A stretch of DNA of 63,280 nt, filler included, from Sphacelaria rigidula (GCA_964200075.2; 2 parts of 2 records of this genome joined end to end with filler, not necessarily neighbours in it), one strand, 5' to 3'; counted from the whole stretch's first letter, positions 29,709 through 45,100 are shown. Program-made: numbers and translations. The notes: generated by a model from the letters alone, not told the origin.

Positions 29709-31589
29709 GTTGGCAGTATAGTATGACTATAGGTACAAGAAACAAACGCAAAACGTGGTAGCTTTTGCTGTCCGATGAGAATGTGCCGAAGACGATTCGA
29801 TTCAGCAACTACCGGAGGTGACAGTAGGTAAATCATGCCCGCACGCGATCACCTTTTTTTTTCGTTCTTATCTAATGTGATTTGTTGAAAACCATGGCGG
29901 CGACACCTCCAAATGTATATATATATATATACATATTAATTGTCGGTAAAAAGTGATTCCGTGATTGTTTTGGCATTTGAAGACCGTATTATATGGAGAA
30001 GATCGAGGTTTGACTTGGAAACCTTATCACCTGGATGTGATACACACGGTAAACTGCAGTACGTACACGTCCAAACAAGTGTCGCCGCAGACGGGCCACG
30101 GAAAATTCAAATCGGGTAAATGAGATCTATGTGAACAAATTCGGTGGTGTAGGCTGCTTACTGCCTGGACGAGTTTTGCAGGGTGGTGTTTGTCCAGTTT
30201 ACGGTAAGCCATCCTCGATCTATTTGATCACCACTCTCCCTACATACAGTGGTCTGGCACTATTGCTGCAAAATTCCTCGTCTCATTTTGCACGTACAGA
30301 ACCGTACATAACATAACATCATACTCTCCCCCGATCATCCGCTTCTCTCTTCATTGGTAAAGTTGTCATTTGTCATCATCCATGATTTTTCTTCTTGGCT
30401 CCCGATTGTACTGGAATAAAAAAAACAGAACGTGAACATTCACAATGCGCTTTCAGATTTCAGGATCAAGGTGAATTTACTTTGCACTGTTACCATGTAC
30501 TCTCGGCACCGGCGCTGCTAATAGTTGTTATTATAGACTGGTGTTATTTCTCCATTCCAATTGTTTTTCTCCCTTCTTGATTGTCACGTTTTGTCTTTTT
30601 TCTAAATTTTCCTTTAGCGAGTATTACGGTTTCCCGTTTATTCGCCTTGAGCACGTCCAACTCGTGACCACCGATAGACTTGGCGAATCAATTGAAGGGC
30701 AACAATCGATCGTTTGACATTCGACAGCCGATCATTCAATCACCCTCGTCGAGGGACGCTTATCGAGGGGCGTCTATCTAATGACCTCGGCTGGGTTGAT
30801 GACGGACTAGCTGACATGTGACAACCAACCTTCCCTGGCAAGGGTGTGCCGAGCATGTCTAGCTAATGACCTCATGTTGCTGCACTTCTGGTCCGTGAAG
30901 GTGTGCGTTGATTGTTGGCTGCAAGTTGGAAGTGAAATGCTTCGCGGCTGAACGATTTCCCCCTTAGCTGCGAAGTGCCTCTATCCCGGTTGATATCGTG
31001 TCGAACGATGCTGAGTCCCACAACGCGAATACTCCATATCGAAGCAAACTTCCAGGGTGAGTATGGCATAGTGTGAAGAGTCGAGCATGGACAGTCAGCC
31101 GGAAGAGAGTAGGTACATCTCCACCCCGAGCACAGTCAGCCCGAGTAGAGATCCAACGAATATCAAGGTTCTACCCTGAGTTCGAAGCAGAAGTCAACGT
31201 CGTTGATGATGTTCGTGAGGGGTGCAGCATTTGGTGGGGTTATCCGTAGCGTGTTTTTGGTTGAAAATCGGCCATCGGTTGTTCCTGTTCATGTCATGTT
31301 CCACCCACCCCTGTTTCTGCCAATTACTCGCCCGCACAAAAATCAGGTCGTGTGGATTTTGTCTGAGTAGATTTCATCTAGGATTGCAATGCACAAGATA
31401 TCGTGGAGCCCCCTTCTCAGGCGAATACTGCTGTTGTCGATCACCCAGGATACACTCGTTATTTCTTCACACACCAACCCGCCACCCCTTCCTCGCTCCT
31501 GGTGCGGCCGAAGCCCTGCGTGCTTCGTCCCGGCTTTGTAGGGATGCGAGGTCAATGGTGTTATGACTACGGCATGCAGAATCATGAGT

Positions 31590-31651
<62 letters not shown>

Positions 31652-31751
31652 NNNNNNNNNNNNNNNNNNNNNNNNNNNNNNNNNNNNNNNNNNNNTTAAT
31701 TAATTAANNNNNNNNNNNNNNNNNNNNNNNNNNNNNNNNNNNNNNNNNNNN
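31652..31751. other. Artificial scaffold spacer N44-TTAATTAATTAA-N44
   Basis: Exactly 100 nt, with a palindromic 12-mer giving stops in all six frames at 31696-31707. Confidence 0.95.
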
Positions 31752-32409
31752 CCGCCATTGGGCATATGTGGCGTGTGGGCAGGGTGGGAGGCGACTCCGG
31801 GGGGGGGGGGGGGGGGGGGGGGCCGCCTGCCCTTGTTTCCTTTATGAAATACATAACGACATCATTTTCTTGCTCCTAACGGCCCCAACAACAATTACTG
31901 CTGACCCAGTATTAGCATCGCCTCCGTGTAATATTGTGTGTCGAATATTGTTTTGACTTTCAGGGTCAAATGTGTCAATTCTTGAAAAGGAGCACGTTCA
32001 ACCGTCTTGATGAGTAGCTCTGCTGGTACGCACTGTAACCAAGGCCCACCGTACGCCTTCGGGAGGGTGAGGTAGCGGGTTTCTTGGGTCTCCCAAAGTG
32101 TCGTTGGCTCTCATGGTTACACTATGGACCAGGTGCTCTAGTATCGACCAGCAAGGGTGTTTGAGGCACACTGGTGTTTTTGTTTCAGATTAAAAGGTAA
32201 TTGGCATGCAGTACTTGGAGCGACGACTGCATACAGTGTGCATTGTATATAAAAACAGGCGACTAACGCGCTTCAAACCATGCTTTGAAGTGCCAACATC
32301 TTCCTACTATCGCTATTGTCTTGAGAGCGATTTCCTTAACGCTGTCATGTTATCTTTTGTTGACTGTATTCCTTGGCTGTTTCCTACCGTGACGCCGGGA
32401 AAATATTAG

Positions 32410-33164
32410 GTTGGAGTGCTGTGGTCTGCTCCGATGGACAACGGAGGATCAGAGATATTGAGCTACAAAGTCCGCTTCGAAGATCAGGCAGGAAATCTTA
32501 CTTCCTTCAACGTCGATGCTCAGGATGTCTGGGGGCCTCAGGATCTTCTGGTAAGACAATGATGACTGCTGTGGTCGAAGACAAAAGTGCTCGTCCAATG
32601 TCTTGAGCGTTTTGAAACCTTGGAGCTAAACTGTTGGGGTCCCCAACGGTTTCTGTGGTATGTATCCATCGCTAGGTGCTACATCTTAGCACCTCAACTA
32701 GAGCCATCCGTTGTACACAAAAGCAGTTCGAAGACTTTTATTCTTTCATTTTCGACATGGAGAAATGAGACACGTGTATGGTATTGTCAATCTCGTCCGT
32801 GGTAATTGATGTAAAGTCGCGGTCAACTTCCTCAAGCAAAAGCTATTTCCAGGTCGTTGTCAACAGGGAAGCTTCACCCGTTCTGCGTTCTTGCTTTCGC
32901 TTCTTGTGACGAGGTTCGGTACTTACTTTATGTTTGATTCGAGATATGCAGATGCACAGCAGCCTACTCTACCACTGTCATCATCTGCTCTATCTTCGTC
33001 GCCGTGATGTTGACGAATAAAATCGGAATGTGATGGTCCTCAATGAATGTAGGTGTCCGGCTTGTCGGAAGGAGAGCTGTACACTTTCTACGTTCAAGCT
33101 GTCAACGCATATGGCACTTCTGGAGCCAGCCCTGCGCTCACAGTGGTCGCGGCTTTGCGAGCAG
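32410..33164 (+). CDS. Fibronectin type III domain exons of the giant protein
   Basis: VGVLWSAPMDNGGSEILSYKV...VSGLSEGELYTFYVQAVNAYGTSGAS matches the FN3 pattern W..P..NGGS.I..Y / GL..G..Y.F.V.AVN..G. Confidence 0.88.
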
Positions 33165-36100
33165 GTCAGGGCAAATATTCGGCCCACAGAAGCGCGTACA
33201 AATATGTCGCTCTAAGGGCTTCACATTATGGCTTGTCGGGTATATGATGGTTGTTGTGTGGCACACCGTACGTTCTGCTCGCTGAGAATATGACCCGCTA
33301 CTAGCGGTAGTCGTAGGTGGTGGGAGAAGATGATTAGCTTGCTGACCCGGACATCTTGTCCGCTACTGCCGGCAGAGGTATTGCAATTTATCATCTCTCC
33401 GCCATATATTCGAGAAGTGACATGCTCAATTTTCTTCGGGTTTACAACGCTCGAGCTCACATGCTGTCGTGATAATGAGTACAAATGCCCCATGTTTTGC
33501 AGATTCAGTGCCCAACCCTTTCGACCACCATCTGTGCACTAATCCAGGCATTACCGATGCGCGATTGGAACATAATTGTGTCACGCAGACGAATTTGTCG
33601 ATGCCTTCAATGTGTACTTCTTTGTACCAATCAAAGTAATGGACGATCCAGTGTTTTCACGGCAACGGATGTTTTATTAATGATTGGTTACGACGCGAAC
33701 CGCGACGTGCGAATTACGAATTGTGCGTTGCAAGTTACTGGTGGCTGATGCTGATTGCTAGTCGCCTAGTTGCCATGCCACTGGTATTTGTACCTGATAC
33801 TCAATAATCGATTACTGATATCGGACAGGCACGTCGGTCGACGGAAATCAGACGTACTCCTTGGTCCGACCTACCGTGGAAGATGTTTCCTCCGGCAAGA
33901 TCACGATATCATGGACTGAACCCGTTGATACGGGAAAATCACCCATCACTGGATACCATGTGAGCACCACGATAATGGTATATACTGGTCGTACGTAAGC
34001 ACACTTTGTGCATTGTTCTAAGATGGGAGTACACAGAGTGTTGCACAGCGATATACCTGAACCCTCACCCTTGTCGTTTCATTTTGTATCTCAGCGCAGT
34101 AGCTCGAAAAACGCTAGGGGCTTGGTACTACGTGACCTTACGCGTGTTGTGCCGTGCTGCATGTTGATGTACCGGTGTAGTGTTTGCCTTGTTCTCTCTC
34201 GAAGTAAGGATGTTTTTTGTGGCCACTCAGCAACACGATGTACTCAGGCTGTGCGCTCAACCCCTGTCCCTCCTGATGCGTAGGCTCGTTCTGTGATCTG
34301 AGCAGGCGGGGGCACGGCGGAATCTCGCCGCAACGAATTACGAAGTGGCAAAGTCAGTTGAATTTCCTAGTAACAACGAAGCCAGTTGTTTCACAAAACA
34401 GTCCTGTTGTTTGTTTCTTGGAACATAGCAGTCAGCCTCTTAACAAAACTTCACTTCATTGGGCATCTTCACAGACGGGTTCTAGTTTCACTCGGAATTT
34501 CTAAATTTGGAATATTCCGACTGAAAGAATAGATCGTTTACAGGAAATGCTCTCGACATATGCGTTGTCGGGTGAACACGGGGTGATTCCCGATCCGGGT
34601 TTTTCGTTTAACCATATTTTGAAAAAACACACACGCTGTTATGACTGCAACATAGTGAATGGCCACAGAGGAAGAAGCTGGGCCTACGAGTTTCCACCAT
34701 ACCGATCGTGGTCGGTTCGATTGAATGGAAGTTTCGAGGAGCCAGGACCTCAGGCAATGTACTAGAAGAGCCCTCGACGATCGGTTAGCTCGTAAATCCG
34801 TGAAAATGGTGATGAAATGATTTTACGTTCGAACTTCGTTTGATGTCCTAATATCTCTCGATACCCACCTTTTTGGATCAAACGTTTATCGTGACAAGCC
34901 TTGCGATCGTGAATCTGAAAAAGTCGCTTTCAACACGAGCCTCTTCCAAAAGTGTTTTGCCCCATGAAATACCTGACACAAAGCTCCCCGTTTGCCGGAT
35001 GAATATGTGTGTGATTAGGTATATCTGTTCAGCGGGGTGGGGTTGAACTCGCAGGCCGACCCGGAGCCGGTGAAAAAGGAGATTCAGGTGAGTGGTCTGA
35101 GGCAACCATGCCGCTGTGAACGTCATAAATTCCACTGCATTTCAATTGTGTCACCTCCTAAATATTTCACTCTCTGCATCCGAATAAACATCATTTCATC
35201 GTCAATCAAGCAAACATCGACTGGATGATGGGCACGCGTAGTCGTGTAGATTTTTATCATGTAGGTCATTCGTCTGAGCAGCCACGACCTAGCCCCGCCT
35301 CAACCGATTCCTTACACAACAGCGCTGCCGCATGTTTCGCAGCAATTCATACAGTCAGGTTGAACTTGTTCTTCACTTGATAATGCGTCTCTCAGAGGCG
35401 CCTTTTGTACCCAGGTTGTCGCAGAATACCCACCGGCATCGAGGTTGAAGTAGAAGTTCATTACGACTGTTCTCTATTAATGGTTGACCTTTTGAACTAA
35501 CAATGAGAGATGTACCCTCCGTGCGTATGTTTTGCAGGTGATCTCCACCATGGTGGATGAACCTGTACCGACCGTTCAAACCATTACCTTCTCCAATGTT
35601 ACCGGGGGAACCTTCACGCTCAGGTAGAGGCCGGGGGTTGCGCTATACGCGTCCTGTGCACTCATGATCATGCTATGCCCTAGTGTACGTGTTTACGGCC
35701 AAGTGCATTAATAAGCGACGTAGATCAGCAATTTCTGGCCTAAATTATTACCCTCAACGCACCTCGGTGGTCTAATGGTCCGACTATCAACATTAGGGTG
35801 GAAAGAACGGGAGTTCGATCCCCAATACGTCGGCTGTTTTCTTCGAAGTATCTGAGTTCCTCAGTGGAAAGTGTGAGTACGTGAGCAGACGGAGAGTGGT
35901 TGAATGAGTCTGTTTGACAAAAGTTGACGCGGTGCGGGGGTGCTGACCTTATCCGCGGCACCAAGAAGCACGGTGTATACTGTACCGGAGAGATATGTAA
36001 ATTTATTGATCTCTCGAGACTATTAGAGTACGGACTACTGCCGAGGAAGGGGAGGGGTTCAAAGTGTGGCAAAAAATCCCTCAAAATGTCAAGTGCTGCA

Positions 36101-39100
36101 ACATCAACAAAAATGACAATAACAACAGAGTATGCCTACATTCGGTATTACACGACATGAAAACCAAGTTCAGAACGTGGTTGTTCCCTTCGATGCTTTT
36201 GCAGCTTCAAGGCTCATGCTCTTCAACAGTACATGTTACTCGTACCATATTGCCAGCACTGTTCTCTCTTGCTGTCTTCAGGGTGATGGCTGATGCTCTC
36301 GGCGGAGATATTGACTCGGAGACGTACGAACTGAGCTACATCGCGGGAGCATCCGAAGTTTCCGAAGCGCTAGAGTCCGCTTCCGACGATCTTGGAGCCG
36401 TTACCGTTACAAGGACCCTATCAGGTATTTGACATTTTCCAGAACACGTAAAAAATCAACAAGGGTACCCTCAAATATTCTACACTATGTAAAACACGTT
36501 AAAATACTGTAAACACTTCACATCCATATTGCTCCAAACGCGCTCCAATACTTATGTCGAAGAAAACGTAGAAGCTCCCCTTGAGATTGTTACGTGGTTC
36601 CCGTGCGGCATTGCACAAGGGAAAGTTGCTACAATGTTTCAGTCACCGTGGGCTATTCTTCAACGACAAATTGGCACCTTCGGCGACTGAATACGCCCAA
36701 ATAATGGGATTCAAGCCCTTTTGCCCTCTCCATGTGTCTCGAATTTCAGGAACTGGTACAACTGTTTCTTACGAGATCACTTTCGACGACTACATTGGCG
36801 TGGTAGAGCCGCTCGTGCCCGACACGACAGAGCTTGTTGCACAATCCGGAGAGGTGATTTCTTCTGAAGTCATCACGGACCAGGAAGGCACCGAGCCCTT
36901 GAGAGGGGACTTCACCCTCTCTTTCCGCGGTCATCGCACTCCCGCCCTGAGCTACAACACCACCGCAGAGGAGGTGAGAGCGACAGGATGCCAGGGATGT
37001 ATCCCAGACTCCAAGTTTGCCTGTGTGATTTATCAGTATAGTGTTTGATGAGCTTATGGACAGGCAATGGCATTGGTCTGCCGTGAACGTTTATCCTTCT
37101 AAATGCCACGAAGAGAGTTGCTCAGGTAGCTCCCATACTAACTTACAACTGCACAGCAGACGAGCCATGCACCAAGCGACTCAGACATGAACTCCATTAG
37201 GTCTATATTAGTCTCGTGTATTCATTGTGGTACTACCGTTACTCGAAATCATGAGGCACATCCACGAGACCGTTGGTTGTTTGGGAATCGAAAGTCACAG
37301 TCCTACGCAAGGATATGCCTCTGTTATACAAGGAGTGCGTACAGAAGGAAACGGGGGTAAGAGTGTATTCCAGATATCAAAGTATTGACAAATCGGGCGA
37401 TACCCCGATGTGAATATCCGGATGTACCGTATACGTGCCTTTTGTATGGCCCCTACAAACCCTATTACGGAAGATATCACCGGGCAGCCCATGCGAGCAA
37501 GCAAACATGTCCCATTTTTTCGAGTTTTTATATGTATGTCGTGCTGACGCTGACTTGGTCTGAAGGGTGTACAGTTTCCACCTTTGTGCATATTGAGGAG
37601 TGTGCTACGTCTCCAAGATAACTCTAAACATGTTACACCTTACGCTGGCCAGGTGAGGGCCCGGACTGACCGTCGGTGTGTCGCCCTTCTCGTGCCGAAT
37701 CCGGTGTACTAAAAAGCTACATCCCGATCAAATATGGATTTATCCCGTACCTACTATTGATATTGGCAACATGCATATGTAGGTATTATTGTTTACTGTA
37801 TCCATGTATACACCGCAGAAGGTCAGTGCTTGGGCGTGGGTGAGCCGCATCTCAGAAATCGAATAAAAGACACGTACAGGCTGGCGTTACAGTGTTGTTC
37901 AGTCAATCGTCTGGTGCCTACATTTGTATTGGCCAGGTAGCGTATGCCGGAACAAAGTTTTGTGGCGGGAACAGGAATTTCGCACCAACATTCCAGTTAT
38001 TGTTTCAAGACTGCTACAGCACGCGATGTCTGCATAATCTCACACGTGCATGCATATTCACCTCAAAACGTACGTCCCAAAGGTCTCACAGACATCTACT
38101 GCATCACACACGCAATACTTCTCCAAATAATGCGCAGGTGAAGAGGCGATTAGAAAGCCTAGATTCTATCGGGGTCGTTACGGTCGAGCGCAATGACACA
38201 TTCGAACACGGAGCGGATGAGTGGACCGTCACATTTGACACGGAAGTTGGTGACCTACCCATGCTGGAAGTCACATCCGGGAGACTTACTGGTAGGGTTT
38301 TGTGTTAATTGCATTTGTCAATGCAATGTCGGTGAAGATTGGTCAAGCCAATATCAACAAAATTGATTTTTGCGTCCCATCTTCTGAGTATTTGCAACAA
38401 GTCCCTTTTCTACATACTACGTAGTAACTCCGTACGTCGTTTTCATTTCCGGGGCAGTTTTCACATAAACGACATTTGTCGTGCGCGCGCAATCCGTCTG
38501 CGGCCACCAGTTGTGAAAATGCGCATGCATGTGCAATTAGTAAAAGATGGACAAAACGTGCTTTTATGAGCCGATAATGACTACATCATGCGCAGAAATG
38601 TGTCGATGCACAAGCGGCGCGGCGAAACCGAACGCGACATTGTAGGCTACACGCTTCATCTTCATTCTTCAGCGGTACCATTTACAAATCGACTCACACG
38701 AATGAGGAGCTTGGCATTGTGTCCGCACGGCATATATGACATGCTTTTCAACTGTTTTTTGCTGGTGAGTATCGGTGGTACACCAGTTGGTGTATCGAGG
38801 AATCGACGTGTTGAATAGCAAATAACGCCATATTTTGGCCTGGAATGCGCATCTGCCTGCAGGAGGTGGAAGCTCGGCCGTTGTGACGGAGAAACAAGCT
38901 GGATCCGCCGCAAGCTTGGTTTTTGATGGTAGCGGGATGCCTGCGGTCAAAATGTTCACCGCTTCGGGGCTTGTGGAAGACGCGCTGTATGCTTTCAAGG
39001 TAAGCTCAGCAGTCGAGACCGTTTTCAAGAAAATGGTACATACCGTAAGATGGATCGACCATTGTAGGACGGGGTGAAAGAAAGGTAAATGCAATAATAT

Positions 39101-42100
39101 TGAAGACTGACCACTGTGTTGTACGTCTTGTCAATCTTAAGCTCGGTGCTTTCGGTGCGCATCGGGCGGTCGTGGAGCTGGAGCTCGAAAACATCGATTC
39201 GACGTCTGCTTTGAATTTGCATCGACTTCTTTGGCCGGCGATTCTTGTAACCCATTGTGTGTGGGGTACCCGACTTGCGTGATTGATGCTTGGTTGTATT
39301 GCCACTAATAGTACGGTCATCTGTAGCAAAAACAGTAGAGCAGCGAAAACAGAAAGAAACCTGAAGTGGATGTATCATATCTGCGACGCCGAAAACGTCC
39401 GCTGAGGTCACACTGTATCTCAACTTTCACCTCAATCCTCTATCTTAATCTTGAAGACTCTGTCAGCGTTCATTGCTAGGCTACGCTAAATGAAGCCTTA
39501 CCGGACTTGCAGGGGAAGAGCATACAGTGGACCTCAACATGAGACAACACCCTTGTTCGTCGAAAACACATATTGTTCCACGTAGTGTGTATCGAATATT
39601 CGGATACTCGGATTCTGGGAGAGATGCCAATGTCAACGTCAATCAAACTCTTGAGGGTCCGCGTTGGCCGTGCATGGGTGTTTCACGCAAACCTATATTT
39701 TGCCGACACAAGAAGAACTGATCAACTACAAACTATCTTTTTGGCGAACGGACGTGAGTGTTTTTCTGTCGTAGCAACCTTACAGTCCCCGCTCGTTCAC
39801 TGGTCCAGTCGAAACCAAACAATAACGTATTGACTTCCTGTTTGGGAGGTCGCCATGCATATGTTCATCCTAATTTCATTACTGGAAGCAAGTTGATATC
39901 CCTTTGTGCTATTTTCTGAATCTGTACAGGTGGTACCTCTTAGCGCTGTCGGGAGAGGAATCCCGAGCGGCGCGAGTCCGACGGTGGTGGCACGGGAGGG
40001 TGCTGCAGCATCACAGACAGTGGCCAGCGGCCCTGCGCTTTTTCAGGGCATGGCAGGGGTCGTTTACGAGCAGCAGGTAGGTGGAGCGCCTATTCATTAA
40101 CCTGCCTCGATAGAACCAAACATGGTTGGCGATTCTACGAAATGAAGCAGTATGGAGAAGGTACAGTTGATTACCACAATCCTTCAAAATTTGTGTTCCC
40201 AGTCCTGCAGATGTAGAGAAATACGTGCAGTTATTTGAGCAGATATGCATGTCAGACGTGAAGGATGTGATTTGACAGGAGATGAAAGATTGATGATATA
40301 GAGCAAACGGTGCAACCACTCGAGCAGAAATGCACGTTAGGTGCGAACTATGTGATCTGACAAGACGTGGAAGATGAGGCTACCATCAACAACAACCCAT
40401 ATACGTACTTGCCAAAAATGATGTGATATGATCTGTGATACACTCATCTTTCAAAGCACTGCATATCGATATCCACTTGGACACCCGTTACGCCCACATA
40501 TGGTCAACTCAGACCGTAACAGCAAATGGGACGGCGGGTAGCTTCTCGCTTAGCCTGCCGTCGGTTGTAGCTGGAGAAGAATCGGGATCGATACAGGCTG
40601 ACGTTTTCACGACTGAGGTCGCCACCGATGAGGATGTTCAAGCCGCTGTCAAGGCAATCGCTGGACAGGTGAGCTTCTCGAATCTGCCGAGACAGATGAA
40701 ATAAAAATGACCCTCATCATGCATGACGTGGGTTTAGGGGTCGTCCCAGGCGCAGAGCTAGAGCTCAAAAATTGGGACCAGGACCGAAGTTGATGACGTA
40801 CTCGTGGGTTTGAAGCCTAATACTCACATGGTTGGCCGAGAAATTCGGACCTCGGTTGAGCCTATTGCCGAATAGGTGAGGTGGGTCCTCACCAGAATTG
40901 AAGGAGGATTGAAAGCTGCAAATATTCGAAAAATTGACCGTAAAAGTTTTCTTTCGACTGGTCGATCGACAGATTGTCGTACCTGAATATGGACCGATCC
41001 GCCACGAAGCCAGTCGTGGCCGTAAGATAGACGTACCCGACGTAAAGAAGCAGAAATCCTCGCTAAGGGAAACTGCAGAAAAACGGTGAGGGGAAATAGT
41101 AGACCAGGAAAATATACACGGACATCGACGTCCAGCTGAGCACTGCTAACGGTCACTGGACACTCCTGACGGGCTCTCCCCAGTGATTCGGACAGAATGC
41201 CGTGCAAGAAGCAAGACCCTGGAAGCAGGTTGCGACTCAGCGATCTGGAGATGGTTACTGCACTATAAGACACGGGCTGTCAACCACGAACCCAATCGCC
41301 ACCTCTGGAGTACGGAGGCCCTAATGCTGATACAGCAGACGCAGAAAACACAAAACAAAGAGGAAATATGAAGAAATGAGCAAAAAGGGGAGCGACGGAA
41401 TAAACAAGAATAGCATAAGCAGGAAATAGTGCTAATTCATAGAGTCACGGTGTCAATTGAAGGAGAGAGGCCAACCACAGCTTGGATAGGACAGAGGTCT
41501 CGGTCCCCGGGTACCATCCCCCCCTCCCCTCCTGTATGCAGGCCGGAAATTAACCAGTAAAGCTGATCGATAGGTTCCTCACCGAATAACCCCGCTAGAT
41601 GTCCTCAACCAGGCTAGATGTTCCAAGTGCTTATTTGTTCTCACTGCCTTGAACGATCACGCAGACCCACACGATAGCACTCTTTTTTTCTGTTTCTCCG
41701 TTACACCGGTAACCAATTACGTGCAGGTGACCTGACAATTTTGTCACTGTAGGTTCAAACGGTAGTCAGATGTCACCAATTTTAGTTAATTTAACATACC
41801 TCAATCTTGCGAGCTTGCCGCGCGTTGCAGGTGCAAGTATCCGGCTTTAACGCTTCATACAGCGGACAGCAGGCGTACGCTTGGACCGTGACGTTCATGG
41901 AGATCACTGGAGACGTCGGAGACCTCGTCGTGAATACGACTAACATTACGAGCGGTGATATTTCTATATCCGAGCGCATCAAGGTGCGTGAAGAAACGAT
42001 TAAGCTCTAAGTACGTCGATGGAGCTGTAAAGGGTACCGTATCCACGTCTTCATTTACGACACCGGGGCTTTATACCGCGTGCATGGTTGGTACCCGCGC

Positions 42101-45100
42101 TCCAGACCAAATTAGTAAAAAGTGCATATAGCACCAAAGAAGGTACTGCACATTCTCCGTTGATTCATTCAATATAATCGAATAATTGTCTCACGTTATT
42201 TCCTCATCCGCTATGACTCCGGTCGCGGTAACGAGACAAACGCACTCCACGTGAATGAAAGTAGTATTTGCGTAACAAAACTAGAGAGAGAGCGAAGATG
42301 AAAAAGAATAGAGAGAATACAAAGATAGATCTGACAAAAGAGAATGAAGCTAAAGGAAGGACAGGGCGGAAAAGAAGATCAACCACGAGAAAAACGCGGT
42401 GGTAACATATGACAGAGGCCCCGAAATTACCCGCGGACAGGATCCTGCTGCATGGCTTCACAGAAACATGTGGAAAAAAATATGAACCATAAACTGAAGG
42501 CCGAGGAAGCAGGTCGCGACCAAAGCATATGGGTGCTACACAATAACAAGTCGGCAGGCACTCTCACCCGACAGCTCTGCAGGAGCAAGACACAAACACT
42601 AATATGGCTTCGAAAACGAACGGAGGCAAAAAAGGAACCAGGCGATAAGGAGGGAAAGGGAGAGGATAAACTCAATAAACGTTGTACATGAACGCCTCAT
42701 GCATGGTTAATGCGTTTTTCGGGGTACCTTGTGCAGAATCACACTGAGTTTGGCATTCTCTCCCACGAGAGAAGGAGTTGTTTTTTTCTAGTGCAATGCA
42801 CATGCACTCCTTGCTCTTTTGAGAGATCCATGTTTTCGCTAGAAAATATAGGTGTCTTCGACGTGGATACCATTTTTGTCTCCTCATCAACGTTTCCCCA
42901 GAGAATGGCATCAGAGCACAGTTTGGTTGAGCGATAACCGCTCGTTAGCCATCATGTAGCTTCGTCAGTCGCGACGGTGCGCATTGTTGGTCGGCACCCC
43001 ACTGCCATAATTACGAGGACGTTCAACATAAAGTTGTTGACAATATAATACAGCAATATACTGCGTTACTCTCTCAGATAGGATTATCTGCAATGGTGTT
43101 TGACTCATGTTCGGGGTCGGGCGTAAACTATTGAAGGGAAGTTCGAGGGTGGTACGTGGAGGCTATTTCCGTTCGACCGGAATTCGGTGGGACGTGCCAC
43201 CTTTTGTCCTTCGTCCGGTGTACTTTTCCACCAACGCCCGAGGATATTTTTTTTCTGGTTTTGACATTCATTCATTGACCCTACTTCGCGTCGCTTGCTG
43301 CCATATTTTCCTTACATTCTGTCGTCACTCACGTGATGGCTTCTCTCCAGGGCCAAGCGAACGAATTCATCGTATCCCCTCGCAAAGCAAGTGGGGCACC
43401 CATCACTGACGTGACGGCATCTTCTGCTTTCGCCGCGGAAGAATCCACGTACTCATTCGCAGGTGAGACTCCCTCTGATACACCTACTCCTTACCGGTTC
43501 ACCAGTAAGTATTTCGCACAGTATCCGAACCATGCTCCAATTGCGACGTTGTAAACTACAAGGCCGTCTCGTGGAAACCTCGACCGCCGCGCTCCGATAG
43601 TCAAACTCGTACATCATCAGCTAGCTAACCCTAACCCGAACCCTAGCCCTAACCCTTGGTACATCACGACGGAAACTTGTTTGCCATAGCTCATGTTACC
43701 TTAGGGTTGACGGATTTTCGGTTAGAGTGACCGCAATGTCACATTCAATCGGTTTTCCACAAGGAATAGCGGGACTATCATGTTTGAATTGGTCCCCCCC
43801 TGTCGAACGCTACTGATCTGACTCCCTTCTCGCGGTGTTAGTGTACCACCTCACTCAACTATGCTGTTGGACAGATTGAAGTCGGACGTTTCACGCGATA
43901 CCGCGGGTGGTGAAGTAGCAGACCTGGTTACTCTCTTCCTAGAAACATGCCCACGATATGCTAGTGTACTCTTCCCTTATCACTGAGTAACTCTGTCGGA
44001 TATTTCCTTCTTGCTTCAGGTGGGGATATATTCTTTACGGAATTATACAAGATGAACGAGGAGGGTGCTGCAGTGTGGGAATCAGATGGAGGAGTGTCGA
44101 GCTACAACCCCACGGTATACGAGGTCCAACAGCTGGCCATACCCTCGGGGTCTTCTGGAACGTGAGTAGCCCGTGCTAGGGATCTGTGCGAAGCGCGATA
44201 CTTGGCATGCTAGGGTATATATTTCAAAATCATTCGACGCTGCCGTCGCGGCAGCCATCACTTCGCCTTGATCATCACAAATTTCGACCTACCGTGTTTC
44301 TTGATACTTGCAATGCTTCGCTTGACACTGGCAACTGACACGCCCTGCTTGTGAGTACAGCCCACCTTCAGTCTTCAATAAAATACTTCAGAGTAAAGCT
44401 AAACGCACTCACTGCTGAAAGCGAAGCTGTAAAGTGGCATAAAATCACGCAACAATCGGCTGGCAGCGAAGAGCACGGCAAACACTTCTTGAAAAAACGA
44501 TCGAAAACTGATTCCAATGAAGCACCACAATTTGATTTGACAGCGTACCGGTTTTCGTCAACAGTTTTCGCCTTTTAAAGTGTTAGGTCCAGTTAGGGTA
44601 GTGACTTAGAGACACAGGTGATTCTGGGTTTTGTCCCTTCGACCATTAACAATTGACGCGCCCTCTTGTTGTCTTCCTCCCCCGTTCACAGTGTTTGCCT
44701 ATCGTTCGAGTGGGAAGAAGTCACCTATACAACCAGCAACGGCACCGACTGTGTCGAGGTGGATGCGGGCGCGTCCGCAATGAAGGTAGGACATCGCCTG
44801 CCTTATGGATTTGTGTTGATTGGTTATTTACAAACGAACACAGTTCAGGATTGTTTCGTACGATAGTGCCCGGCCACTCGAGGGTATTTCGTCCTTGAGG
44901 GCTACATACATAAGGTCAACACCCCAAGAACATTCGTCCGACTGTCACACAGTAACCGCCCCTTTTGACGCCCAAGATGTACGACAAAACGTTTGCTTTA
45001 GGTTCCTGTTAACAAACGGATGGGCATCGTATTGACTGACGCTCTCTGCCGGATTTGCCGCCAGTGAAAAATTTACTACGCATATGTTCACGCGTAACGC

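Noticed and set aside
30131-30200. VNKFGGVGCLLPG as the next RUVBL1 exon (expected VVN.YIDQG.AELVPG)
   Set aside because: Superficial similarity only; no adjacent acceptor and no FIDEVH.
31696-31707. TTAATTAATTAA palindrome as a biological site
   Set aside because: Centred in exactly 44+44 N; a synthetic linker.
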